From NCBI GenBank assembly GCA_001695645.1, contig LVZN01000001.1:120001-152000 (forward strand): a stretch of 32,000 nt of DNA. Direction: 5' to 3'. The notes below the pieces were generated by a model. That model was given only the letters and a program-made list of their open reading frames with translations, was not told the DNA's origin and did not search any database. Positions 8,967 through 16,946 of the stretch are shown piece by piece. The DNA comes from Erysipelotrichaceae bacterium MTC7 (GTDB taxonomy: Bacteria; Bacillota_I; Bacilli_A; Erysipelotrichales; Erysipelotrichaceae). Every line of letters starts with the position of its first letter. The stretch's first letter is position 1. The position numbers and the translations under genes were made by a program.

Positions 8967-9512
8967 ATGAATATTTGGAAACGCTATTGGGGGCATTTGA
9001 CCACCATCAATAAACATAAAATCAAAGTCACTGCACTATGTTTTCGCTGTGGCTTATATAAACAAGGATTACTTCATGATTTATCGAAGTATTCTTGGAT
9101 TGAATTTAGCTCTGGAGTAAAGTATTTCCAGGGAAATCGAAGCCCGATCGATGCTGAAAAAGAAGACAAGGGATATTCTCTTGGATGGCTACACCACAAA
9201 GGAAGAAATAAGCATCATTGGGAATACTGGCTAGACAATGCAGTTGGTGGCGTTAAACCCATTCAAATGCCAACAAACTATGTTGTTGAAATGTTTTGCG
9301 ATCGTGTCATTGCTTCACAAATCTATCAAAAAGATGCATATACGAATCGTAGTGCTTTAGAATACTACGATAACGGAAATGGATACTTGATTATTCATCC
9401 TGAAACGGATAAGCTCATTCGTCACTTACTTGTTTACTTAAGTGAAAACGGTTTGGATAAAACCGTTACGTATATCAAACAAGAAATTCTTACTAAAAAA
9501 ACCAGAAACTAA
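8967..9512 (+). CDS. DUF5662-like protein (HD-like HDLSKY motif; function unknown)
   Basis: The ORF contains LLHDLSKYSWIEF and GWLHHKGRNKHHWEYW, motifs I associate with the DUF5662 family (from memory, not searched). Start chosen at ATG 8967. The track TTG at 8922 lies inside the promoter. Confidence 0.6.
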   Translation: MNIWKRYWGHLTTINKHKIKVTALCFRCGLYKQGLLHDLSKYSWIEFSSGVKYFQGNRSPIDAEKEDKGYSLGWLHHKGRNKHHWEYWLDNAVGGVKPIQMPTNYVVEMFCDRVIASQIYQKDAYTNRSALEYYDNGNGYLIIHPETDKLIRHLLVYLSENGLDKTVTYIKQEILTKKTRN

Positions 9513-9521
9513 CTCTGGATT

Positions 9522-10292
9522 TTATTTTGTTGCAGTAAAGAAGCATCGCAAAAATGGAAATAGGACTTCGCCATTTTCACGAATGGAATATGCCTTCACA
9601 ATGCGTTTGTAGATCTCTTGTTCAAACACGGCTCGTGTGTGTACATCCAGTTGTTGGTAGTATGGTCTAAGTCCACTACCTTTGTACCATTCAAGTATGT
9701 CGTTATGTGAAGACAAACGATGGTAGTAGGTTGTTGTCCATACATCAAACGTATCAGTCAATCCGGCTAACACATCTACATATTGTTCTGGTAACAGTTG
9801 ATAAAAGATTCGTCTTGTTGGAAAGTGATCAATCCACTTTGGTTCACAAATCATTGCTTGAATGATTTTTTGAATCGGTGCCTCTTGATTGATTGGGACT
9901 TGGACAGCCAACATACCCCCTTGGTTCAACAACCTAAATAAGGAATGTAGCACTTGTTCATTGTTTGGCACCCACTGTAAACATGCATTTGAAAAAATCA
10001 AATCAAAAGTAGTCGCAAGTGTGTGTAATTCGTTTGTAATGTCCACTAGTTGAAATTGAAGATGTGGATAATCTTCTTTTGCCTTATCAAGCATATCTTG
10101 CGAGCTATCAATTCCAATAATGGTTGCATTTGGGTATTTTTGATACAACTGGTTTGTACTATTTCCAGGACCACATCCAACATCGAGAATGGTATGAATT
10201 CCTTCTATTGGTAATCTTGCAACCAAATCAATTGATGGTTGCGTTCTTTCTTTTTGATAACGCAAGTATTGTTCGCTACTCCATTGATGCAT
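9522..10292 (-). CDS. tam: trans-aconitate 2-methyltransferase-like SAM-dependent methyltransferase
   Basis: SAM motif ILDVGCGPGNST, SNACLQWVP and TTYYHRLSSH..LEWYKGSGLRPY, collinear with E. coli Tam as I recall it. ATG 10292 is preceded by an AGGTGAG RBS overlapping the upstream stop. Confidence 0.8.
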   Translation of the reverse strand: MHQWSSEQYLRYQKERTQPSIDLVARLPIEGIHTILDVGCGPGNSTNQLYQKYPNATIIGIDSSQDMLDKAKEDYPHLQFQLVDITNELHTLATTFDLIFSNACLQWVPNNEQVLHSLFRLLNQGGMLAVQVPINQEAPIQKIIQAMICEPKWIDHFPTRRIFYQLLPEQYVDVLAGLTDTFDVWTTTYYHRLSSHNDILEWYKGSGLRPYYQQLDVHTRAVFEQEIYKRIVKAYSIRENGEVLFPFLRCFFTATK

Positions 10293-10301
10293 GTTTCTCA
10301 C

Positions 10302-11108
10302 CTACTTTACCTTCAAGTCTGCATAGACCATAGCATGATCAGAAAACGTTGTTGCTTGCATTTGCATAGATATCACTTCAAATGCATCGTCAATAAATAT
10401 ATTATCTGGACTTGCAAACCCCATAAACGTAATCAAACGATTCTCTTCATTATTGAGTTGCTGTAAGCCTAGATATTGTTCTTGCTTTTCATTCCAAAAG
10501 GAATTGAAATCACCCATTAAGATAACACTCTCCTTTGCAAGATTGTCGTGCACAAAGTTTACTTCATTCATTTGTACTTGTTGTTGATTCCATGTAAAGT
10601 GCGTGTTATATACATGCACTTCTTTCTCACCTAATTGAATAATCGCTTCTGCTAGTATTCGAGGTTCTGTAAATATTTCTTGTGGTATTTCCCGAGAAAT
10701 AACTTCTGTAATTGGATATTTACTTAAAATCGCTAGCCCGTAATGACCAGGAAATACAAACATTGTTTGATAAAAATGATAATATGGAAAATCTAGTGCA
10801 CTTGCGATGGCTTCGACTTGATCAAAATTACCAGAGCGAAGTGCATTTTGATCCACTTCCTGCAGACATAAAATATCAATTTCCATGTCTTGCAGTTCCT
10901 CTGTGATATTTGCTAACCCTTCGCCTTCATTAAGCAATTTGATATTATAACTTGCTACTCGCAACGTTTCTGGAGTACGTGCTGAAGTTTCAACATCAAA
11001 AGACTTTCGATAACTTCGCGATTCAAATCGCCATGCCAAAAAAAGCAAGCAAACCACTATTGCAAGCACAATAAATACTACTGAAAATCGTTTCCATATC
11101 TTTGCCAT
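10302..11108 (-). CDS. endonuclease/exonuclease/phosphatase (EEP) family protein with an N-terminal membrane anchor
   Basis: 268 aa. It has an N-terminal TM segment (FSVVFIVLAIVVCLLFLAW) and EEP motifs: ASYNIK, DILCLQEV, GLAILSKYP, GDFNS and a C-terminal SDHAMVYADL. Confidence 0.85.
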   Translation of the reverse strand: MAKIWKRFSVVFIVLAIVVCLLFLAWRFESRSYRKSFDVETSARTPETLRVASYNIKLLNEGEGLANITEELQDMEIDILCLQEVDQNALRSGNFDQVEAIASALDFPYYHFYQTMFVFPGHYGLAILSKYPITEVISREIPQEIFTEPRILAEAIIQLGEKEVHVYNTHFTWNQQQVQMNEVNFVHDNLAKESVILMGDFNSFWNEKQEQYLGLQQLNNEENRLITFMGFASPDNIFIDDAFEVISMQMQATTFSDHAMVYADLKVK

Positions 11109-11114
11109 ATATAA

Positions 11115-11123
11115 AGTATAGCA
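11115..11123 (-). promoter_or_regulatory. extended -10 element (TGcTATACT) 6 nt upstream of the EEP gene ATG
   Basis: Minus strand reads TGCTATACT-TTATAT-ATG(11108). No Shine-Dalgarno is present. Confidence 0.45.
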
Positions 11124-11133
11124 TAGATTTTTT

Positions 11134-11167
11134 TAAAAAAAGATATGCAGCTTATTTACCGCATATC
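11134..11167 (-). terminator. intrinsic terminator closing the PTS/catabolic operon
   Basis: Minus strand reads GATATGC-12 nt loop-GCATATC followed by TTTTTTT. It lies 9 nt past the stop at 11176. Confidence 0.75.
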
Positions 11168-11175
11168 AATAACTA

Positions 11176-11811
11176 TTATTCTTCTTGTGCAATTTCTATT
11201 GCTTTTGTAGCCCCCATTACATCTGCACCTGCTTGAATAAATTCATTTGCTTGTGTAAGACTATGAATGCCACCAGATGCTTTTATTTTCACACATTCTG
11301 GTAAAATATTACGCATGAATTTTACATCATCAATTGTCGCACCACCGAAACTTTTCCCAGTTGAAGTTTTAAGAAAAGCAGGCTTTACTCTTGCGGCAAT
11401 TTTACACACTTCTTCCTTTGCTGGATCATCTAACTTACACATTTCCACAATTGCTTTATCCACAACATGATGTTTTCTACACAAATCAGCAATGGTTTGC
11501 ATTTCTAATTCAATTTGCTCATAATCTTTGTTCTCTATATTCTCTTGATTTAGTACATAATCAATTTCATAGTAACCTAAGTCAATGAGTTTTTGGAATG
11601 CTTCTACTTTCTTGTCAAGTTTCATTATTCCATCAGGAAAATCGATTGCACATGCAATCCTTACATCGCTACCAGCTAATATCTTTTTAGCAAAATCGAG
11701 TTGATCTGGATATGCAAAAATACAACGCATATGATAATCAACTGCATTTTGTAAGTACTCTTCATAAGATATTTTACGATTCCATATATAGTCTAATCTT
11801 CTACCTATCAT
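11176..11811 (-). CDS. DeoC/LacD-family class I aldolase (deoxyribose-phosphate aldolase-like)
   Basis: AIDFPDG, FLKTSTGKS (Schiff-base lysine context) and KIKASGGI motifs. An AAGGGAG RBS is present. It overlaps the upstream gene by 11 nt. Confidence 0.8.
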   Translation of the reverse strand: MIGRRLDYIWNRKISYEEYLQNAVDYHMRCIFAYPDQLDFAKKILAGSDVRIACAIDFPDGIMKLDKKVEAFQKLIDLGYYEIDYVLNQENIENKDYEQIELEMQTIADLCRKHHVVDKAIVEMCKLDDPAKEEVCKIAARVKPAFLKTSTGKSFGGATIDDVKFMRNILPECVKIKASGGIHSLTQANEFIQAGADVMGATKAIEIAQEE

Positions 11812-12643
11812 AGGAAACTCCCTTCTTTTGTTTCAACACTTCAAAGTATGCGATGGATTGTGCGTCTGCTTGCGCAGGATTTGCATACGTCATACGATCT
11901 ACAGTTTCAAAAGAATAAAATCCCCCATAATGATGTTTGTTGAACTGATCAAGCATCGTTGGTAAGTCTAGTTCTCCATCACCTAGTGCCATATGTCCTG
12001 TCGGTTTTCCATCCACGAAATGACAATGTTGTATTCGATTGTTAAATACTTTAAAGTATGTATCTACACTATCTTTAGCTGCTACCATAGCTCCGATATC
12101 CAAGCATACTTTTACATTATCGTGGTTCACTAGTGAAAGAAACTCAGCTAATTCAGATGCGCTGTTTGCAATTCTAGATTCACGATTTTGTAAGGCTTCT
12201 ATTGCTAAAATGATTCCTTGCTGTTTTGCATAATCAGCTAATTTATGTAGCATACTTGCACTTCTATTTCTTGCTTCTTCAACAGATTCATCATAATAAG
12301 ACCAGCCTGGTGTCACGACAACAAAACCTGCATTTACCGCTTTAGCTAAATCAATTGCATTTTTAAAGTATGAAAATACTCGTTTTTTCGCATCTTCATT
12401 TCCTGTTGCAACATTATTTGGTTTTGGATTGGTTTGTTCTGGACATATTCCAATAATTTGTACATCGTACATTCTTTGTAAATCTTGTAATCGTTGTATA
12501 TCTTCATACCCATTATAATCCACATAAAAATGCATGGGTCCTAGCCATAGTTCTACATATTTTGCACCATTTTCATGCGCATGCTTAAAAAAAGAATCTA
12601 GTGTATAAAATCGATGATGGGTATTCATTAATGCATACTTCAT
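11801..12643 (-). CDS. sugar phosphate isomerase/epimerase (xylose-isomerase-like TIM barrel)
   Basis: 280 aa with family hallmarks: YVELW, LAIEAL, VKVCLDIGA and HCHFVDG. A GAGGTAAAA RBS is present. Confidence 0.8.
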   Translation of the reverse strand: MKYALMNTHHRFYTLDSFFKHAHENGAKYVELWLGPMHFYVDYNGYEDIQRLQDLQRMYDVQIIGICPEQTNPKPNNVATGNEDAKKRVFSYFKNAIDLAKAVNAGFVVVTPGWSYYDESVEEARNRSASMLHKLADYAKQQGIILAIEALQNRESRIANSASELAEFLSLVNHDNVKVCLDIGAMVAAKDSVDTYFKVFNNRIQHCHFVDGKPTGHMALGDGELDLPTMLDQFNKHHYGGFYSFETVDRMTYANPAQADAQSIAYFEVLKQKKGVSYDR

Positions 12644-12644
12644 A

Positions 12645-13313
12645 TTATTTTACCTCGTTTAGTTTGTTTTTAATGATCGTATATATTTCGAATAAATCAC
12701 TTCCGCATATATCTGCTGGTGATTGGTCGTAATTAAATCGCTTATCTTCTTTTGCGATGACATACATTCCTGCATCCTTTGCTGCTCGTATTCCATATGT
12801 AGAATCTTCAACAACAATACAGTTTTTTGGATTCACCTGTAATTGTTTTGCTACTTCCAAATAAATATCAGGATATGGCTTGCTTCTTTGCAAGTCCTCT
12901 CCACTTTGTTTAAAAGAAAAGTACGAATCAATTCCACATGATGTACACATGGAGTCAATCAGTACTTTATTGGAAGCAGAGGCAATTGCCAAAGGAATTC
13001 CTTTTTCAGCCAATTGCCTTAATATAATTTTTGTATATGGTTGCAGGATATATGGGTATATATCTTGCACACGAACTAGTTGTGTTTCTCGTTGGTACAT
13101 ACTTTTTAATTCCTGGATAGAAATTGAGGTCGACCACCAACTTTGCATGATTTCAAAAGTCTCTTTTTGGCTAGACCCCGCCAGTCGATACACATCTTGC
13201 ATGGATACTTTAATATGATGCGAATCAAGAAACTGTTTCACTCGATACATGTAAAATGGTTCTGTATCAACAAGTACACCATCCATATCAAAAATGACTG
13301 CTTCTATTTTCAT
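12645..13313 (-). CDS. HAD-superfamily hydrolase (beta-phosphoglucomutase/phosphatase-like)
   Basis: Motif I is AVIFDMDGVLVDTEP. It also has a ...ASAS.. motif II region, KPYPDIY, and VVEDSTYGIRAAKDAG (motif IV). Confidence 0.85.
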   Translation of the reverse strand: MKIEAVIFDMDGVLVDTEPFYMYRVKQFLDSHHIKVSMQDVYRLAGSSQKETFEIMQSWWSTSISIQELKSMYQRETQLVRVQDIYPYILQPYTKIILRQLAEKGIPLAIASASNKVLIDSMCTSCGIDSYFSFKQSGEDLQRSKPYPDIYLEVAKQLQVNPKNCIVVEDSTYGIRAAKDAGMYVIAKEDKRFNYDQSPADICGSDLFEIYTIIKNKLNEVK

Positions 13314-13318
13314 ATGGA

Positions 13319-14335
13319 TTAATATTCAAATTGACGGTAGTAACGTCTAGTGTTTAAATCATGTCCTGAATAGTGTTCTAAGTATTTAGATAAACGTCCA
13401 TTTAATAATGCAGTAGAAACAATTGGTGAGATTAATGCTTCAAATTCTTTATCAAAACCAGGAACCATGTATTCAGCTACATCGATTACATTTAATTCAT
13501 CTGTATATTTACTTAAGAATGCTTCTGCACGGTCATCGATTGGACGATATTTTCCAACACCCTTAACTAGGAATACACATACATCTTTTTCTACAAGTTC
13601 AATTGTTCCGTGGAAGAACTCTGCAGTAGTTACTGATTTTGTGCGCATCCATTGCATTTCTTCTAAAATACACATTGAGTATAAGTAAACTTCACCCCAA
13701 AGTTCACCACCACCTAACCACATTTGGTAGTCAGTGTTCCAGTATTTTTTCGCAATCGCATTTGCACGATCATCAAAATTCTTTTGTACATTTACCAATC
13801 CATCAACTAATTTATCTTGCATTTGTTGGTAGAATGTATCGAATTTAGGGAAATCTCCTTGGTTAGCAAGAAGTCCATAGAACACACCCATAATATTTAA
13901 GTATTCATATTCAACTCCGAAGAATGTTGCTAAAGGAATACACCATTTACTTTCTTTTCCTAATGGAGATGTTGGATCAATAACCATTGATGCAACACGG
14001 ATACCTCTTTCGTTACACCATTTTGCAGCGGCTACTGTTTCTTTAGTATCTCCAGATTTTGAACCCATAATAACAATTGAGTCTTTCGTTAATTGTTTAT
14101 GTCCAGCTAGAACAAGTTCTCCAGCTTGTGCAGTATACACAGGTACTGATGAGTATTCCTTTGCAATTTCTGCAAAGTGCATCATCATCGCGATTGTCCC
14201 ACCAACAGCTACAAAGAATATATTTTTATATCCTTCTTTCGCAATTTCATCAGCGATTTTCTTTCCTTCAGCAATATATTCAATTTGCTTTGTTAAATTC
14301 TTTCTGTATTCTTCTTCGTTAAACTTCAACATCAT
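13319..14335 (-). CDS. double-SIS-domain sugar-phosphate isomerase/deaminase/deglycase (AgaS/FrlB/GfrF-like)
   Basis: 338 aa. SIS motifs are FFVAVGGTIA and IVIMGSKSGDTKETV. Size and operon context match PTS-linked SIS enzymes. A GGAGGAG RBS is present. Confidence 0.8.
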   Translation of the reverse strand: MMLKFNEEEYRKNLTKQIEYIAEGKKIADEIAKEGYKNIFFVAVGGTIAMMMHFAEIAKEYSSVPVYTAQAGELVLAGHKQLTKDSIVIMGSKSGDTKETVAAAKWCNERGIRVASMVIDPTSPLGKESKWCIPLATFFGVEYEYLNIMGVFYGLLANQGDFPKFDTFYQQMQDKLVDGLVNVQKNFDDRANAIAKKYWNTDYQMWLGGGELWGEVYLYSMCILEEMQWMRTKSVTTAEFFHGTIELVEKDVCVFLVKGVGKYRPIDDRAEAFLSKYTDELNVIDVAEYMVPGFDKEFEALISPIVSTALLNGRLSKYLEHYSGHDLNTRRYYRQFEY

Positions 14336-14363
14336 TTTCTTTTCTCCTCCTAGTTTGACGTGT

Positions 14364-15182
14364 TTATCCTAAAATTCCAAATTGTGCACATACGATTCCA
14401 AAAATTGCAGTAATTACAATTAATAGAATTACATTCACTTTTTTCTTTAAGAAATAATAGTAAATTCCTGTAGCACAAAGTGGTAATAATCCAGGCATAA
14501 TTCCATTTATTACATCTTGTAGCAATGGAGCATTCTCTCCACCACCAATTGTTAATGGTGTAGTTACACTCACTAACTCATTTGTCATTCCACCAATGAC
14601 CATAACCCCTAGCATTGATGCAGCTAACATAAATTTGCTCATCAATCCAGATTGTTGAATTTTTTCTAAATAATTAACTCCAAGTTCGTACCCTTTGATC
14701 GAACATACATAGCGTAGGATGAATGCAGGTATATTAAAGATCAATAAGAATAAAATTGGACCTAAGATATTTCCTTGTACCGCTAATGAAGTACCAACTC
14801 CTACAGCCAATACACGAAGTGTACCTAGCATTATAGAGTCACCAATTCCACTTAATGGACCCATAAGTGCCGCTTTTACCGCGTTAATTGATGCTGTATC
14901 AAAATCTTCTTGTTGGGCATTCATTTCTTCCATCGCAATCGTGATACCACCAACAAATGGTGCAATATGCGGTGTACAGTTGAAAAACTCTAAGTTTCTT
15001 GTTAATGCATCTTTGTATTTTTCTGGTTGTCCTTCATAAATCTTACGTAATGCAGGTTCAATCATGAATTCAAATCCCATGTGCATTTGTCTTTCATAAT
15101 GCCAAGAGAATTCCATAGGAAGTGATCTCCAGAACATTTTACGTAAATCTTTTTTCGTAATTGAATTAGAAGTCTTCATCAA
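14364..15182 (-). CDS. PTS mannose/fructose/sorbose-family EIID component
   Basis: The N-terminal KKDLRKMFWRS...FSWHYERQMHMGF signature is present, with multiple TM helices. The start is either TTG 15182 or ATG 15179, behind a GGAGG RBS. It overlaps the EIIC stop. Confidence 0.9.
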   Translation of the reverse strand: MMKTSNSITKKDLRKMFWRSLPMEFSWHYERQMHMGFEFMIEPALRKIYEGQPEKYKDALTRNLEFFNCTPHIAPFVGGITIAMEEMNAQQEDFDTASINAVKAALMGPLSGIGDSIMLGTLRVLAVGVGTSLAVQGNILGPILFLLIFNIPAFILRYVCSIKGYELGVNYLEKIQQSGLMSKFMLAASMLGVMVIGGMTNELVSVTTPLTIGGGENAPLLQDVINGIMPGLLPLCATGIYYYFLKKKVNVILLIVITAIFGIVCAQFGILG

Positions 15183-15924
15183 CTGCTACCTCCTGTACTT
15201 GTGTTTCATCTTTTGTAAATTTGATTGATAAGAAAATCAATACAATTCCAAACAAGGCAATACCTACTACTGGAATTCCTAAGTATGCTGATAATAAGAA
15301 TCCTAAGAAGAAGTGTGGAATAACTTTCTTATTCATAATCATTTGTAATAACATTGCAAACCCAATTCCTGGCAGTAATCCAGTTGCAATAGTTAATCCG
15401 TTTGTAATAACTTCTGGAATTGCATTTACAATTGCTTCCATTTGCGCAGATCCTAATGAGAATCCTAAAAATGTAATAATTGCTAATACTGTACATGTGA
15501 TAAATCCTGTACACATGTGAATCACAGATACTGCTTTTCCATTTCCTTTTGCAGCATAGTTGTCTGCAAGTTTTGCCATCAATGGACGAACAAGTGAGAA
15601 AATCACGTTGTCAATTGCTAAAGCTAATAATGCAATTGGAAATGCCATTGTAAAGGCTACTTCTGGTCCTTTTCCAGTTACAATTGCAAATGCTGTTCCT
15701 AATACTCCCCCAACAATAACGTTTGGTGGAATAAATGCTCCAACTGATACAGACCCTAAGAATGCTAATTCAAGAGTTGCCCCAATTGTTATCCCCATTT
15801 CCAAGTCACCAAGAATCAATCCAACAATTGGACCTAATACGATGGGACGTTGAATCATATTTGTTCCTGTAGCTAAATCACATTTTCCAATGAATGCTAC
15901 CAACGCCAATAATAGTGCTTCCAT
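15166..15924 (-). CDS. PTS mannose/fructose/sorbose-family EIIC component
   Basis: 252 aa polytopic membrane protein with a typical Man-family EIIC N-terminus (ALLLALVAFIGKCD...IQRPIVLGPIVGLILGD). A GAGAGGAG RBS is present. Confidence 0.9.
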   Translation of the reverse strand: MEALLLALVAFIGKCDLATGTNMIQRPIVLGPIVGLILGDLEMGITIGATLELAFLGSVSVGAFIPPNVIVGGVLGTAFAIVTGKGPEVAFTMAFPIALLALAIDNVIFSLVRPLMAKLADNYAAKGNGKAVSVIHMCTGFITCTVLAIITFLGFSLGSAQMEAIVNAIPEVITNGLTIATGLLPGIGFAMLLQMIMNKKVIPHFFLGFLLSAYLGIPVVGIALFGIVLIFLSIKFTKDETQVQEVAVDEDF

Positions 15925-15936
15925 AAATTCTCCTCT

Positions 15937-16407
15937 CTACAATACACTTTCTGCTTTTACTTTTTTATCTGTAGGTACCATACGTATTTCTACTTCGACA
16001 CCTTTATCAACCATCTCTTTGATCATGTTTTCTTCATCTGTTGAAACATTCATCGCTTTTGAGATCTGTCTTGTTTCTTTTGTCGCTTTTGTACCACCCA
16101 AGTTTACGCTTTTTACACTTGGGCATTGATCAACAAGCATTTTTGCATCCTTAATTGACTCAACAACAACTAATAATTTGTATTTATCAGTTACCCCACT
16201 GTTGATAGCTTCAACTGCATCTTTCATGCTTTTCATAACCAGTTTTACACCACTTGGTTGTGCTAGTTTGATAGTTGTTTTACGTAAATCATTTACAACA
16301 ACATCATCATTAGCAACTAGAATACAGTCTGCCGAAACCGCTGATGTCCATGAAAATGCAACTTGACCATGTAATAAACGATGATCGACTCTAAGTAATT
16401 GAATCAT
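15937..16407 (-). CDS. PTS mannose-family EIIB component
   Basis: MIQLLRVDHRLLHGQV contains the phospho-histidine motif of the EIIB-Man/sorbose family. A GAAAGGAGG RBS is present. Confidence 0.9.
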   Translation of the reverse strand: MIQLLRVDHRLLHGQVAFSWTSAVSADCILVANDDVVVNDLRKTTIKLAQPSGVKLVMKSMKDAVEAINSGVTDKYKLLVVVESIKDAKMLVDQCPSVKSVNLGGTKATKETRQISKAMNVSTDEENMIKEMVDKGVEVEIRMVPTDKKVKAESVL

Positions 16408-16419
16408 AAGTCCTCCTTT

Positions 16420-16836
16420 CTAAAATTCTTCATCTTCTCGTACTTCTATAGAATCCTTACTCACTACACTCATACCATTTTTTGCGTTTTGAATAAGGTC
16501 AAGATAGTCACTAGTTTCTAACTTTTCTTTTTGGTTAAGTAATAAATCCAACACCATACTCATATTCATTCCTGATAAAATTGTGACATTTTCAAATTCC
16601 ATCAGTTTTGATAAGGTTGTGTGAACACTACCACCTTTCACATCACAAACAATTACATATGTATCTGTACTTGTTGATATTTCCAACTTTAATTTTTCAT
16701 AGTAATCATTTGGTGTCTCACCTGGATATAAACTATACGTTTCTACTTGTTTTGCTAAATCACCAACAATCATCGAAACTGAATGTAGCATCCCTTTTGA
16801 TAGATCACCATGTGAAGCCAAAATTACTTTTTTCAA
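16420..16836 (-). CDS. PTS mannose-family EIIA component
   Basis: KKVILASHGDLSKGM is the EIIA-Man phospho-His motif. Start assigned to TTG 16836, 7 nt after an AAAGGAG RBS. The track start at 16863 lies inside the -12 promoter element. Confidence 0.85.
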   Translation of the reverse strand: MKKVILASHGDLSKGMLHSVSMIVGDLAKQVETYSLYPGETPNDYYEKLKLEISTSTDTYVIVCDVKGGSVHTTLSKLMEFENVTILSGMNMSMVLDLLLNQKEKLETSDYLDLIQNAKNGMSVVSKDSIEVREDEEF

Positions 16837-16862
16837 GAAACCACTCCTTTCAATTCTTATCA

Positions 16863-16878
16863 AGCAAGAACTGTGCCA
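16863..16878 (-). promoter_or_regulatory. sigma-54 (-24/-12) promoter, proximal copy
   Basis: Minus strand reads TGGCAC-AGTTC-TTGCT, an exact match to TGGCAC-N5-TTGCW. The predicted TSS is about 15 nt before the TTG start of EIIA. Confidence 0.8.
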
Positions 16879-16918
16879 AACCGTTTATTTTCAGTTCTTT
16901 ACCCGTCACTTACTAACA

Positions 16919-16934
16919 AGCAAAAAGTGTGCCA
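16919..16934 (-). promoter_or_regulatory. sigma-54 (-24/-12) promoter, distal copy
   Basis: Minus strand reads TGGCAC-ACTTT-TTGCT. It lies 56 bp upstream of the proximal copy and 13 nt after the activator stop codon. Confidence 0.7.
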
Positions 16935-16946
16935 AACTGACACACT

